Source: Cyanobacteria bacterium P01_D01_bin.156
GTDB taxonomy: Bacteria; Cyanobacteriota; Cyanobacteriia; Phormidesmidales; Phormidesmidaceae
Direction of reading: 5' to 3'
Length of the DNA stretch: 64,000 nt
Assembly: GCA_039024555.1 (NCBI GenBank)
Contig: JBCCQQ010000020.1
Coordinates: 1-64,000, forward strand
Shown: in pieces, positions 38,271 through 48,836 of the stretch
How the letters are laid out: every line of letters begins with the position of its first letter
Position numbering within the stretch: the stretch's first letter is position 1
Translations under genes and position numbers: made by a program
The notes under the pieces: model-generated
Database searches by the model: none
Told to the model about the DNA's origin: nothing
What the model saw: only the letters and a program-made list of their open reading frames with translations

Positions 38271-40079
38271 TCAGCCCAATAGTTCTCCTGTTTCTTGCAG
38301 TTTGTGTAGTCGCTGATAAAGACCATTCTGATTTAGTAGCTCATGATGGTTACCCATCTCGCTAATACATCCTTGATCTAGAACAACAATTTGATCAGCT
38401 TCACGAACAGTACTTAAACGATGAGCAATAATAATCAATGTACGGGTGCCAAGCAGCGATCGCATCGCTACCTGAATAGCACGTTCTGATTCGTAGTCCA
38501 AGCTAGATGTAGCTTCATCAAATACCAGCACATCAGGGTCCATAATTAGAGCCCGAGCAATGCCAATTCGCTGTCGTTGGCCACCGGACAAACGAACACC
38601 TCGTTCGCCTACAGTTGTCAAATAACCGTCAGGCATCTGGTCAATAAAGCTGTGGGCCTGGGCAATCTTACAAGCTGCTTGAACCTGATTCACCGTGGCA
38701 TTGGGATTACCGTACAGCAAATTTTCCATCAACGTACCGTTAAAGATGTCCACCTCTTGATGAACAATCGCTAAGCGCCGCCGATACCCGGTAACATCCA
38801 AACGGCGTAAATCATGACCATCAATCAAAATGGCACCGCTATCAGGTTCAAAATACCGAAATAGTAGTTTAACCAGGGTAGATTTTCCCGAACCAGACCG
38901 TCCTACAAGCGCCACTGTTTGACGAGGTTGAATCAGTAATTCAATATTCTTTAAAACAGGCTGATTCGGCACATAGCTAAAGGTGAGCTGATGGAAATGA
39001 ACTTTGCCCGTAAACCGATATTCAGGAGTGTCATTTGTTAACTGCCTTACATCGGTTCCGGCAGGGAGTGCAACAAACTCCTGAAAACGAGCCATAGCCC
39101 CATAACGACGGGCAAACATCTCTGCCAGGGTACAGATGGGATCCACTTCAGCGTAGGCCATACTTGACAGGGTAAGAATAGTGACGAAATGCCCTAAGGA
39201 GATGCTGCCTTGCACTGTTGCCCAAAGCGTCAGTGCAAGCACAGCAAAGGTACAAGTTTGAACTACCGTACGTTGCCAGGTACCCAACTTGATATACCCT
39301 AAATGAATTCGGTAATCCACCACCTTAAACTCTCGATCTAAACGCTGTTGCTGGCGTTTTAATTCACGATTTTCTGTTGCAAATGCTTTAACCGTTTTAA
39401 TATTGGTAATAATCTCTGAAGTACGGCTTTCTGTATTCTCCATATATTGATCTAGCTTCTCTTCTTGCTGCGACAATCCTTTAAGACGCAACAAACTATA
39501 GCCAATCACTAATACAAATGAGACTATTACAATGAGGGCAATGGGCCAATCAAGACAGGCAATCACCACAAACACACCTAAGACTCGAAAAATCTTTGGA
39601 ATGAATTGACCAACAATTTCTGGATAGGTCCAAGTGTAGTTTGCAAGACCTTTAGAAACCCGTGCAGCAATTCGACCTGGGTTATTTTCGTCATAGAATT
39701 CTAGGGGAAGAGTTAGGATTTTCTCTAAAGAACGACGAGCCTGGTCGCGTCGAGCACGTAAGGCCGTGTCCCAGTTAAACCAGGACCCAATCCAAGGTTG
39801 AATAGGAGCACGCCCAACCGAAATCAAGCCAACTAGTCCCAACAACACAAGCAATGAAAAATTTGAGGTAACAGGCTGTTGAAGCAACCTAGCAAAAACC
39901 AAAATGAGATTCTCTATAGGATAGTCAAGAGGCTGTTTTGAAAGAATATTGAGCAATTGACCAATGGCATAGGGCACAAAAAGATCCAGTATTTCAAATA
40001 CGCCCATAGCTACGGCATTGAGCACGGTAATCAGCCAATATTTTTTGTAGTATTGAAGAATACGTAAAAATTTACCCAC
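38271..40079 (-). CDS. ABC exporter, fused permease/ATPase
   Basis: GRSGSGKST, LSGGQRQR and DEATSSLD motifs; probable GTG start 40079. Confidence 0.92.
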   Translation of the reverse strand: MGKFLRILQYYKKYWLITVLNAVAMGVFEILDLFVPYAIGQLLNILSKQPLDYPIENLILVFARLLQQPVTSNFSLLVLLGLVGLISVGRAPIQPWIGSWFNWDTALRARRDQARRSLEKILTLPLEFYDENNPGRIAARVSKGLANYTWTYPEIVGQFIPKIFRVLGVFVVIACLDWPIALIVIVSFVLVIGYSLLRLKGLSQQEEKLDQYMENTESRTSEIITNIKTVKAFATENRELKRQQQRLDREFKVVDYRIHLGYIKLGTWQRTVVQTCTFAVLALTLWATVQGSISLGHFVTILTLSSMAYAEVDPICTLAEMFARRYGAMARFQEFVALPAGTDVRQLTNDTPEYRFTGKVHFHQLTFSYVPNQPVLKNIELLIQPRQTVALVGRSGSGKSTLVKLLFRYFEPDSGAILIDGHDLRRLDVTGYRRRLAIVHQEVDIFNGTLMENLLYGNPNATVNQVQAACKIAQAHSFIDQMPDGYLTTVGERGVRLSGGQRQRIGIARALIMDPDVLVFDEATSSLDYESERAIQVAMRSLLGTRTLIIIAHRLSTVREADQIVVLDQGCISEMGNHHELLNQNGLYQRLHKLQETGELLG

Positions 40080-40288
40080 GAGACACCCCCTGATATCGTC
40101 TATCACATGACACTTTGAATAACAAAAGTCGATAGTAAAACCCTACAAACCAGAAGCTGATGGCATCTCTAGCGCACCTGATTCATCTAGGTGAACACTG
40201 AAATTACAGCTATGAGAATTACCGTCGAACTCCTAAAGAAATCAATCTCGATAGGCAAAGCAAGTCCCACTGAGCCGATATTGCTATG

Positions 40289-40999
40289 CTAGCGTTTCAC
40301 TGGCAGAACGGTGTAATGTTCGCTGAGACGTTTAAGGGCCTGGTTTTGGTCGGTTTGAATGGCAATTTGCAGATCGGACAGCTCCTGAAGCTGTGCCTTC
40401 AGCATCCTTGTCCTGTTTTGAGCTACATAGCGTTTGTGCAGGGCGGCTCTCGCCAGGTCCTCTCGATTACGGCTAAGCGCTATTTCAGCAACCTTTTTCC
40501 ACTGCGCGCTATCGTGTTGAAGCTGGTCGTATTCAGGCAGTAGGGTATTGTTTGCGATCGCAATATTATTCAATGCGTTAGTAAATAACTCCACAATCCC
40601 CTGAGGGGTTTCCTCCATGGCCGCTTGCTGAGTTATCCACCTGGGTACATGAATTTGCTCTAGCCGTAGACCGAACCCCTTCAACTGAGGGCTTACACTG
40701 ACCCCAATAGTGCACCAGTTGGCAAAGTGCTCACAGTTATTGAAAAAGAGGTTATAGCGCTGCTCACCTAAACGACTTTCAGCCCGACGGATAACGACAT
40801 CTGGAATAAATCTAACCGACTGTGAAACCTGATACACCAGGTGCCCACGAGCAAAAGATTCACGGTTAGTGCGAGAAATTGTTGCCGTGCCCACCTTCCG
40901 GTAATGGATGACTGTACCATCACCACAGTCAATACCATGATGCTGATAAGGCACCCCCACCATATCCCGTATCACGTACACTTGCTCGCCTCTGGCCAT
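40289..40999 (-). CDS. LRAT/NC-domain (permuted NlpC/P60) protein with PspA-like C-terminal coiled coil
   Basis: HHGIDCGDG and NNCEHFA motifs; AEIALSRNREDLARAAL. Confidence 0.85.
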   Translation of the reverse strand: MARGEQVYVIRDMVGVPYQHHGIDCGDGTVIHYRKVGTATISRTNRESFARGHLVYQVSQSVRFIPDVVIRRAESRLGEQRYNLFFNNCEHFANWCTIGVSVSPQLKGFGLRLEQIHVPRWITQQAAMEETPQGIVELFTNALNNIAIANNTLLPEYDQLQHDSAQWKKVAEIALSRNREDLARAALHKRYVAQNRTRMLKAQLQELSDLQIAIQTDQNQALKRLSEHYTVLPVKR

Positions 41000-41470
41000 C
41001 TAAGTCAGCCCATTACCCTGGGAGTTTGACTGCCTGGAATTGGGTGGCAACTTGTCCCGAATATCTGTTTTGATAACATCTAAGTCCGTCTTATCAGGCT
41101 GTCTAGATGGCACAAACTGTTTACGACGGGCGAGTAATTCTTTAATAGAATCTGTTGAAGATTTTTCTGGCTGATCGATGGAAATTTGCAAATTCGGCCC
41201 AGAGCGTGCCAGACGCACCACCAAACCATCTTCAGCCGTTACGCTTTGGATACGCTTGCCATCCAAGTAGGTACCGTTCGTCCCCAAACTTTGAATTGCC
41301 CAACCAGTCCCCCCCTTATGAATTTCTAAATGATGCCGAGAAACAACCGCACTGTAGAGAACAACATCATTATCGGTAGAACGGCCAATGCGAATAATCT
41401 CTTGTTCCTCAAAGGTCCAATGCTGTATGGGAGTCTTATGCAGGGGGTGGAGCAACGATAGGGTAATCAC
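41000..41470 (-). CDS. FHA domain protein
   Basis: IGRSTDND, VSRHH and GTNGT motifs. Confidence 0.9.
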   Translation of the reverse strand: MITLSLLHPLHKTPIQHWTFEEQEIIRIGRSTDNDVVLYSAVVSRHHLEIHKGGTGWAIQSLGTNGTYLDGKRIQSVTAEDGLVVRLARSGPNLQISIDQPEKSSTDSIKELLARRKQFVPSRQPDKTDLDVIKTDIRDKLPPNSRQSNSQGNGLT

Positions 41471-41549
41471 GTCAATACATCGAAAGGCAATGTGGCAATT
41501 TTGTGTGAAAGAGCACTGTAAACCATTTGAGCCATATCTGATTTAGACT

Positions 41550-42284
41550 TCACACAAGTTGAAAAATAAAGCTCACTTTGTCACCCTTACCAAGGGCAAT
41601 TCGATCACCAGGGCGTAAACGGTGACGATTACCTACAGCAAGGGGCAAATTATTTATATACGTACCATTGGAACTACCGATATCCTCAATATAGTAGACA
41701 TCCCCTTCAATCAACACATTGGCATGGACCCGAGACACAATCTCTGACTCTGGAAAACCAGAGACATCGATATCTGGGGGAACGCGGTCGTTTGGTTTAC
41801 CAATATGTAAACAGTCAATACCAACGGGTAAATCTATAAGCGTGTCAGTCTGCACATGCAACAAACGAGCTGTCAGGCGTTGAATCTGGGTTTGAGCAAC
41901 GGCAGCTGGCTGTGTTATCACCGGTTGTTCACTGGCACTGTTAGCCGATGAAGAGGGGACTGGCGGCACCACCTCAGGCGCTGGCTGGGCTGGTAACGGC
42001 GGCGGCGGCGCGACAGGTAGCGGATCCGGAGGCACTAATGGATCAGGCTCCACCAGTTCAGCAACAGGAGCTGGATCTGTTGCTGACGTAGGTGGTGAGG
42101 CAGCTGGAGTAACCGTGGGTGGGGGTGTTAAACTATAGCCACATTGTCCACAAAAGCTAGCATCTGCCTGCACTTGAGCACCACAGTTAGGGCATGTCAC
42201 TAATGACGGCAGAGGGGTGTAACAGGCTTCACATTGAGAGGCACCCTCTGGGTTTTGATAGTTACAGTTTGGGCAAATAATCAT
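41550..42284 (-). CDS. fraH: FraH-like double zinc ribbon, Pro-rich linker and FHA protein
   Basis: CPNC..CEAC..CPNC..CGQC; VSRVHA and SSNGT motifs. Confidence 0.8.
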   Translation of the reverse strand: MIICPNCNYQNPEGASQCEACYTPLPSLVTCPNCGAQVQADASFCGQCGYSLTPPPTVTPAASPPTSATDPAPVAELVEPDPLVPPDPLPVAPPPPLPAQPAPEVVPPVPSSSANSASEQPVITQPAAVAQTQIQRLTARLLHVQTDTLIDLPVGIDCLHIGKPNDRVPPDIDVSGFPESEIVSRVHANVLIEGDVYYIEDIGSSNGTYINNLPLAVGNRHRLRPGDRIALGKGDKVSFIFQLV

Positions 42285-42483
42285 TAGCGCTTTGATTCAC
42301 ACTAGCCATGTATAAACTACACGGTTTCGGCAAGCTTCTGGCTATAGCTTGAGAGAAGTATAGGCAATCTTCGACTTTGTTCAGTATTTATACGGCAACA
42401 GATGGAACTGACTACACAGGGAAAGACTCCGTAGAGGGGAATCCCCTCGTTATCTCACCGCTCTCATGAACTCACTGACGAGC

Positions 42484-43251
42484 TTAGTGTATAGTGCGTG
42501 CGATAGCATCAGGCAAACCCTTGCTAGCACCAGCATCTAGCATCCATTGCAATACACCCACTGGAGCAATTAACCGTGATGGATACATTGCACTATCCGC
42601 TGTTTCGGCAAATATCTGGGACAGGGCCGTTTGTTTGTTAGTACCTGCCACCAAAAACATAACGTGACGCGCTTGGTTAATCAGGGGGGCTGTAAATGTA
42701 ATGCGGGGTTGATTATCTTTTTGCCCGACAGTCACCCAGCGTTCAGTCTCATTGAGGGCATCGGTATGGGGGAACAAGGATGCAGTATGGCCATCGTCTC
42801 CCATCCCTAGCAAAATGAGGTCGAATTGGGGCAGCTGCGACATGGGCAGGTCAAAGCTGTCCAATAGGACCTGCTGATAGCGGTCGGCACTCTCTTGGGG
42901 AGAGGCCGTGTCTGTAGGTACAACAAAAATATTGTCAGCAGGAATAGCAACGTGATCGAGCCAAGCCTCTTGGGTCATTTTGGCATTGCTATCACTATGG
43001 GTAATAGGGACATAGCGTTCGTCCCCCCAGTAGATGTAAAGTTGCTGCCAGGGTAAATCAGCCTGGGCTAGGGCTTGATAGAGGGGCTTGGGAGTACTAC
43101 CACCGGATAGGGCAAGGGTACAACGACCATGGGCTGAGATCGCACCGCGAATCAGGTCTATGACCTGTTCAGTCGCGGCATTAACCAAAGCAGCTTTATC
43201 AGGAAACACATGCACCTGGGGGATATTTATAGGGGGTGGGGCGACGGTCAT
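42484..43251 (-). CDS. pgl: 6-phosphogluconolactonase
   Basis: LSGGSTP, WGDERYV and LGMGDDGHTASLFP motifs. Confidence 0.95.
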   Translation of the reverse strand: MTVAPPPINIPQVHVFPDKAALVNAATEQVIDLIRGAISAHGRCTLALSGGSTPKPLYQALAQADLPWQQLYIYWGDERYVPITHSDSNAKMTQEAWLDHVAIPADNIFVVPTDTASPQESADRYQQVLLDSFDLPMSQLPQFDLILLGMGDDGHTASLFPHTDALNETERWVTVGQKDNQPRITFTAPLINQARHVMFLVAGTNKQTALSQIFAETADSAMYPSRLIAPVGVLQWMLDAGASKGLPDAIARTIH

Positions 43252-43365
43252 AGGTCAGAAATCACCATAATTAAGAGGAGCAGACGGTTTTGATAGCCGC
43301 CTAACCTGAACGCTAACGCAACTTCTAAAAACTGCTCTTAGTCTTAATAGACTTTGTATTTTTCC

Positions 43366-43456
43366 GGCGTTGCTGATCCTCGCGATAGTTTTATCTGCCA
43401 AATCCAGAACTCTGGCCGGGTGTACAGATCGTTTCATCCTCTAAATCAGCAACGGC
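43366..43456. mobile_element. MITE-like element (91 bp) with terminal inverted repeats
   Basis: GGCGTTGCTGAT...ATCAGCAACGGC (11/12 complementary); internal similarity to 54032-54113. Confidence 0.7.
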
Positions 43457-43601
43457 ATTTTTCCAGTTAGCAAGGTTCACTGTAATGAACATCATCATCA
43501 TCCATCGCTTACAGAACTCCTCATCAGCAATCACACCTCAATAGGACCACAGCCCAAAACTACCCATAAGATATGGGTGAACACATTGGGAAAGCACAGG
43601 T

Positions 43602-44342
43602 GTGGGCATGATTTCGATTGTTTTACCTTGCCTAAACGAAGTCAGGCATGGCTATTTGCCTAATATTTTGGATAACCTTGCCCTGCAACCTGGGGACAAG
43701 CAAATCATTATCGTCCTTAGTCCGGGCACAGACGGCACCTATGAGTTGATTAACCAGCATCCTGCCACTACGGATTTTAAGGTCATTGAAAGTCAGGCTG
43801 CTAATCGGGCTCAGCGCCTCACCATCGGCATTCAAGCTAGCGTAGGAGAGGTTGTTTTACTGCATCACCCGGCCACACTGTTGCCCCCCAACGCTCTGAA
43901 ACAGATTAGCGAACTAATGGCGCAAGAAACGTTTACCTGGGGAGGCTTTTGCCATAGTTTTGACTTTGATCACTGGCTACTACGGTTTACTTCCTGGTAT
44001 TCCACTACCCAGCGCCCTCGGCTAAGCCAAATTCTCTATTTAGACCACTGCATTTTTGCGCGTCGACAGATCCTGATGGAGATAGGAGGTGTCCCCGACA
44101 TGGACATTTTTGAAGATACGGCCCTGAGTAATGCGCTGAAAAAGTATGGTCCACCCCATCTGGTGCCGGGGACTATCGTCACCTCCGCACGTCGTTTTAG
44201 GGAACGGGGAATTTACAAACATGCCGTTCTCAATCAATTGCTCAAGCTGCTCTACCATGCCCGAATAGATCCTAAAAAGATGAATTGGCTCTACGAAGGT
44301 AAGAGCCAAATTAACGTAAGCTACGACAAACACAAATTTTGA
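43602..44342 (+). CDS. GT2 glycosyltransferase, TIGR04283-like
   Basis: ISIVLPCLNE, IGGVPDMDIFED and IVTSARRF motifs. Confidence 0.75.
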   Translation: MGMISIVLPCLNEVRHGYLPNILDNLALQPGDKQIIIVLSPGTDGTYELINQHPATTDFKVIESQAANRAQRLTIGIQASVGEVVLLHHPATLLPPNALKQISELMAQETFTWGGFCHSFDFDHWLLRFTSWYSTTQRPRLSQILYLDHCIFARRQILMEIGGVPDMDIFEDTALSNALKKYGPPHLVPGTIVTSARRFRERGIYKHAVLNQLLKLLYHARIDPKKMNWLYEGKSQINVSYDKHKF

Positions 44343-44360
44343 GTGCTTAGCGCTACCTAA

Positions 44361-45233
44361 ATGTCCCGTACCTATAAAGCCACTGGCATTAACTTAAAAG
44401 CCGCTCCCATGGGGGAAAACGATCGGCTGATGACGATTCTCACTAGAGAGTATGGTTTGCTGCGTGCGATCGCACCGGGGGCAAGGAAACATAAGTCTCG
44501 CTTGGGGGGGCGCAGCGGCCTGTTTGTGGTGAATGAGCTGATGCTATCCAAGGGCAAATCTCTAGACAAGATGATTCAGGCCCAAACTCAGCAATCTTTT
44601 CCGGGTCTGAGCAAAGATCTAGGACGGCTAACTGCAGGCCAATATTTAGCGGAGCTAGTTCTATGTGAAGCCAGCGAACAACCCCAGGAAGCCCTATTTG
44701 AGCTATTGGTGGCTCATCTAGAACGATTGGAAACCGCTTCACCAGGGGCAGTCCTGGCCTGCTTGGCCCAGGGCACATTTCATCTTTTGGCGCTCGCAGG
44801 TGTGGCTCCGGAGCTGCGCTACTGCTGCTTAAGTCGTACCGCCATTCGCCCCCAGCTCAGCCGGGATGAACATCCTTGGAAAGTAGGGTTCAGCATTCCA
44901 GCTGGAGGCGTGATTACCCTAGAGCAGTTAGAACGCCTCGAAAATAATGCTGCCCCCTTGAACACCGGACGTAGTAAACCAATGTATGGTGCGCTAACCA
45001 CCACTATTGGAGCTGCAGAATTAGCTCTGTTACAACAATTAGCGCAGCCAGAGCTTGTGCTCACCCAAGATCATTCTTTACCATCTATAGAGGGAGTTAG
45101 CGCAGCCCCACACAGTTTGTGGCGACGTGTGGAACGTCTTTTACGAAATTACGCCCAGTTCCACTTTGATCGGCCTATCCGGTCCGCTGCGCTAATTGAC
45201 AGCTGCTTTGCTTCATCTGCTTATGCTTCGTGA
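44361..45233 (+). CDS. recO: DNA repair protein RecO
   Basis: MSRTYKATGINLK..GENDRLMTILTREYG...APGARK. Confidence 0.95.
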   Translation: MSRTYKATGINLKAAPMGENDRLMTILTREYGLLRAIAPGARKHKSRLGGRSGLFVVNELMLSKGKSLDKMIQAQTQQSFPGLSKDLGRLTAGQYLAELVLCEASEQPQEALFELLVAHLERLETASPGAVLACLAQGTFHLLALAGVAPELRYCCLSRTAIRPQLSRDEHPWKVGFSIPAGGVITLEQLERLENNAAPLNTGRSKPMYGALTTTIGAAELALLQQLAQPELVLTQDHSLPSIEGVSAAPHSLWRRVERLLRNYAQFHFDRPIRSAALIDSCFASSAYAS

Positions 45234-46635
45234 GTCTGACGCAAGTGAATCGTCTAAGGTGCCTGAAACACCGAGCCAAATCGGCGTCTCTCAAGAGACG
45301 CCGACCAATGGGTTTACTGCTGTCAAACATGCTGAGGGTCAGAAACAGCCAGAACCCGGTTTCTGGCCTGTCCTTAAGAATCGTAATTTTCTGACCCTAT
45401 GGGGTGGGCAGGTCTTTTCTCAGCTAGCCGACAAGGTGTATTTGGTGCTGATGATTGCCATCATCGCTAGCCAATATAAGACCCCTGGCCAAACCATCAG
45501 CGGCTGGGTTTCAGCGGTGATGATTGCATTTACGATTCCTGCGGTGCTATTCGGCTCATTGGCAGGTGTATATGTCGATCGGTGGCTTAAGCAACCGGTA
45601 CTGGTGCTCACTAACCTTTTACGCGGCTTCTTGGTAATCGTTTTACCTCTGGCTTTATGGCTAAGCCAGGATTGGGGCACATTCGCCGGTATTCCCATTA
45701 GCTTCTGTCTACTGTTGGTGGTTACCTTTTTGGTCTCTACTTTGACCCAGTTTTTTGCGCCCGCGGAACAGTCAGCGATTCCTCTGATTGTGGAGGAGCG
45801 GCATTTGCTATCAGCTAACTCTTTGTATACCACCACGATGATGGCATCGGTGATCATTGGATTTGCGGTGGGAGAACCGGTACTTGCGATCGCGGACAAG
45901 CTACTGACGGCTGTGGATCACGGTAGCGGCATTGGCAAAGATATTTTGGTAGGTCTCAGCTACTGCCTGGCGGGAGTGATTTTAACGGCCATGACCACGG
46001 GTGAATCCACAGAAAACCTGACACGCGATAGCCATGTTTGGGCTGATATCAAGGATGGCTTGCGCTACATCCAACAGCGCCCGCCTATCCGCAACGCCAT
46101 TATTCAGCTAGTGCTGTTATTTTCTGTCTTCGCTGCCCTAGCCGTCTTAGCCGTGCGGCTTGCTGAGGTTATTCCAACCCTCAAGTCTTCTCAATTTGGT
46201 GTGTTGCTAGCCGCTGGCGGCGTCGGCATGGGAATTGGTGCAGCCTTAGTGGGCAATCTCGGCCATCGCTTTAAGCGGCGTCATCTCAGCCTGCTAGGTC
46301 TTTCGGGCATGGGCGCGGCCCTAGGCGGTTTATCCATGACGATTCACAGCCTGGGTCTAAGTCTGGGATTGATTGCCATTCTGGGGGTGTTTGCAGCAGC
46401 CGTGGGCATTCCGATGCAGACTACGATTCAAGAACAAACGCCGGAAGATATGCGCGGCAAAGTCTTTGGCCTACAAAACAATTTAGTCAATATTGCCTTG
46501 AGTCTACCCCTAGCCTTGGCCGGTGTCGCTGAAGCCTTTTTTGGTTTACGACTGGTGCTGTTAACCCTGGCTGTTCTGGTGGTACTTGGTGGTCTGCTGA
46601 CCCAAACAGTTTTTACGATACAAGCTGAATCTTAG
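45223..46635 (+). CDS. MFS transporter
   Basis: Multi-TM; NFLTLWGGQVFSQLADK and GSLAGVYVDRW motifs; ATG 45223. Confidence 0.9.
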   Translation: MLRESDASESSKVPETPSQIGVSQETPTNGFTAVKHAEGQKQPEPGFWPVLKNRNFLTLWGGQVFSQLADKVYLVLMIAIIASQYKTPGQTISGWVSAVMIAFTIPAVLFGSLAGVYVDRWLKQPVLVLTNLLRGFLVIVLPLALWLSQDWGTFAGIPISFCLLLVVTFLVSTLTQFFAPAEQSAIPLIVEERHLLSANSLYTTTMMASVIIGFAVGEPVLAIADKLLTAVDHGSGIGKDILVGLSYCLAGVILTAMTTGESTENLTRDSHVWADIKDGLRYIQQRPPIRNAIIQLVLLFSVFAALAVLAVRLAEVIPTLKSSQFGVLLAAGGVGMGIGAALVGNLGHRFKRRHLSLLGLSGMGAALGGLSMTIHSLGLSLGLIAILGVFAAAVGIPMQTTIQEQTPEDMRGKVFGLQNNLVNIALSLPLALAGVAEAFFGLRLVLLTLAVLVVLGGLLTQTVFTIQAES

Positions 46636-46967
46636 CGAACCTCTTCGTAGGACTTACCCTTGGGGCCGACGTAGCTCACTGCCAAGTAAATCCTTAAATA
46701 CTGATAAAGTCATATAAAGCATTCCTAAGGCTGCCTAAGTAATGTAAAGCCGAGTAGTTAGCTGCTTAAGCGTGGCAAGGATGCTCTAGGGCATAGCGCC
46801 AAACGGTTGCCCCGTGCAGCCGTGGACTCGGGTGATTGCATTTGACATATCCCGCTGCTGAATGATTCCATCCGCTGTGCTTTATGGCCAAGGGTTGGAT
46901 AGCGTGTCATAGTCGCGCTCAGCAATGCCTGCTTATAAACAAAACAATTGATTTATAGTCCCCTTAA

Positions 46968-48122
46968 ATGCATATCGCATGGATTGGTAAGAAATCCCCT
47001 TTTTGTGGAAATGTCACCTACGGTCGAGAAATTACCAACGCGCTCCTCGAACGAGGCTACCGGGTAACGTTTCTACACTTCGCAACCAATGCAGAATCAG
47101 CAGGGGAACACGGGGGGTACGAAGAAGTATCGCTACCATTTATCTTCAAATCTCAGATTTTAATTATTCCTAGCTTGCGTTCAGCCCGCCGGCTGGCAGA
47201 GGTGCTAGCGGAACTCAAACCGGATTTAGTCCATGCCTCTTTGTCTTTGTCGCCTCTGGACTTTAAGCTACCGGAAATTTGCCATGAACTCGGTATTCCC
47301 ATAGTGGCCACGTTTCATCCGGCCTTTGACCGCAAACGTCGCAATCTGACATCGGGCACTCAACACTTTACCTATCAAATCTATGCGCCCCGGCTTGCTA
47401 ACTATGACCGAGTGATTGTTTTCTCTAGAATTCAACAAGACCTGTTAGTCAAGCTAGGGGTGCCGTTGGAACGGGTAGAAATTATCCCCAACGGTGTGGA
47501 TGTGTATCGTTACTCCCCAGGACCTTCCCGAATTAAGCAAGAGTTCCGCGCCAGCCAGCTCTATGTTTATCAAGGCAGACTGGCCATTGAAAAGAATGTA
47601 GAGTCCATGCTCAAAGGCTGGAAGCTGGCTAATTTAGGACCGGACCATAAATTACTCATTGTTGGTAGTGGTCCGCTGGAGCTGGCTCTTAAAACAGCCT
47701 ATGGAACTGACGATTCAGTCATTTGGCTAGGATTTATAGCCGATGAGCATCGCCGCATTGAAATTTTACGGGGGGCAGATGCATTTATTTTGCCATCTCT
47801 AATTGAAGGTCTGTCTTTATCTCTATTGGAGGCCATGGCCTGTGGTGCAGCCTGCATTGCGACGGATGCTGGTGCCGATGGGGAAGTACTGGAAAATGGC
47901 GCAGGCATTGTGTTAGATACCCAGCGCGTGGCGCAACAGCTGCACACCATTTTGCCCTTGCTACGCAATCATCCTGAGATGATATCGATTTTGAGCAGCA
48001 AGGCACGACAGCGGGTTTTAGAACGCTACACCCTGAGCACAAACATTACCCAGCTAGAAAATTTATATGCCCAAATGGTCCCCAACAAGGCTCGATATTC
48101 AGTATCCGTCAGTCGTTGGTAA
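46968..48122 (+). CDS. dgdA: GT4 glycosyltransferase, probable digalactosyldiacylglycerol synthase
   Basis: MHIAWIGKKSPFCGNVTYGRE N-terminus recognised from cyanobacterial DgdA; EGLSLSLLEAMACG. Confidence 0.75.
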   Translation: MHIAWIGKKSPFCGNVTYGREITNALLERGYRVTFLHFATNAESAGEHGGYEEVSLPFIFKSQILIIPSLRSARRLAEVLAELKPDLVHASLSLSPLDFKLPEICHELGIPIVATFHPAFDRKRRNLTSGTQHFTYQIYAPRLANYDRVIVFSRIQQDLLVKLGVPLERVEIIPNGVDVYRYSPGPSRIKQEFRASQLYVYQGRLAIEKNVESMLKGWKLANLGPDHKLLIVGSGPLELALKTAYGTDDSVIWLGFIADEHRRIEILRGADAFILPSLIEGLSLSLLEAMACGAACIATDAGADGEVLENGAGIVLDTQRVAQQLHTILPLLRNHPEMISILSSKARQRVLERYTLSTNITQLENLYAQMVPNKARYSVSVSRW

Positions 48123-48137
48123 ACCATGGGTTGCGCC

Positions 48138-48755
48138 CTAGAGACATAGAGGCATTCTGTCTAAAATTTCCAAATCTTCAGGCCGATCCACATCTCGTAG
48201 TTGTTCAAGGGTGGCAATAGAGAGGTTTAGGGTATTTGCGATCGCAACCGTCCGTTCAAATACCTCTCCAGTTCCCCAGGGAATATTTTCGAATAGCTTA
48301 GGTTGGGGTCGACTTAGACCAATCAGGTAATAGCCACCATCAGCAGCTGGCCCTAGTACTAGGTCGTGGCTTTGCAGCTGTCGCAAGGCCTGTTCTAAAT
48401 GACGATGACTCAAATCGGGACAATCAGAGCCGATGGCCACTGCCGCTTCCACCCCCGAATGAAAATTGCCCATAAACGCCTGGTGCAGACGATTACCTAA
48501 ACTACCCCCAAATTGTGGCAAATAGGTAAATCGTCGCCCTAACCAAGACTGCATTTGGGCCAGACACCCACCAGAAAAGTGAATCTGTTGATCAATCTCG
48601 GAGGAGAGAGTGGCCATTTCACGGGTCATCATTGTTGTCATCCACCGTTGCAGCTCAGCAGCCCGGGCTGGCCCCAAGTGAGGAATCAGACGTGTTTTGG
48701 TATTGCCCGCCTCGGGGTACCGCGTGAACAACATGACACAAGCTTGCGTTTCCAC
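48138..48755 (-). CDS. TIGR04282/DUF2064 family glycosyltransferase-like protein
   Basis: FTRYPEAGNTKTRL, IGSDCP, LGPAADGGYYLIG and DVDRPEDL motifs. Confidence 0.88.
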   Translation of the reverse strand: METQACVMLFTRYPEAGNTKTRLIPHLGPARAAELQRWMTTMMTREMATLSSEIDQQIHFSGGCLAQMQSWLGRRFTYLPQFGGSLGNRLHQAFMGNFHSGVEAAVAIGSDCPDLSHRHLEQALRQLQSHDLVLGPAADGGYYLIGLSRPQPKLFENIPWGTGEVFERTVAIANTLNLSIATLEQLRDVDRPEDLEILDRMPLCL

Positions 48756-48836
48756 GACCTACCCTCTTAATTTTTAGATTTACTGCAATGTCTTGAAGGA
48801 GTTCGAGAAGAATCTCAAACTCCCCTATCTCCACTA

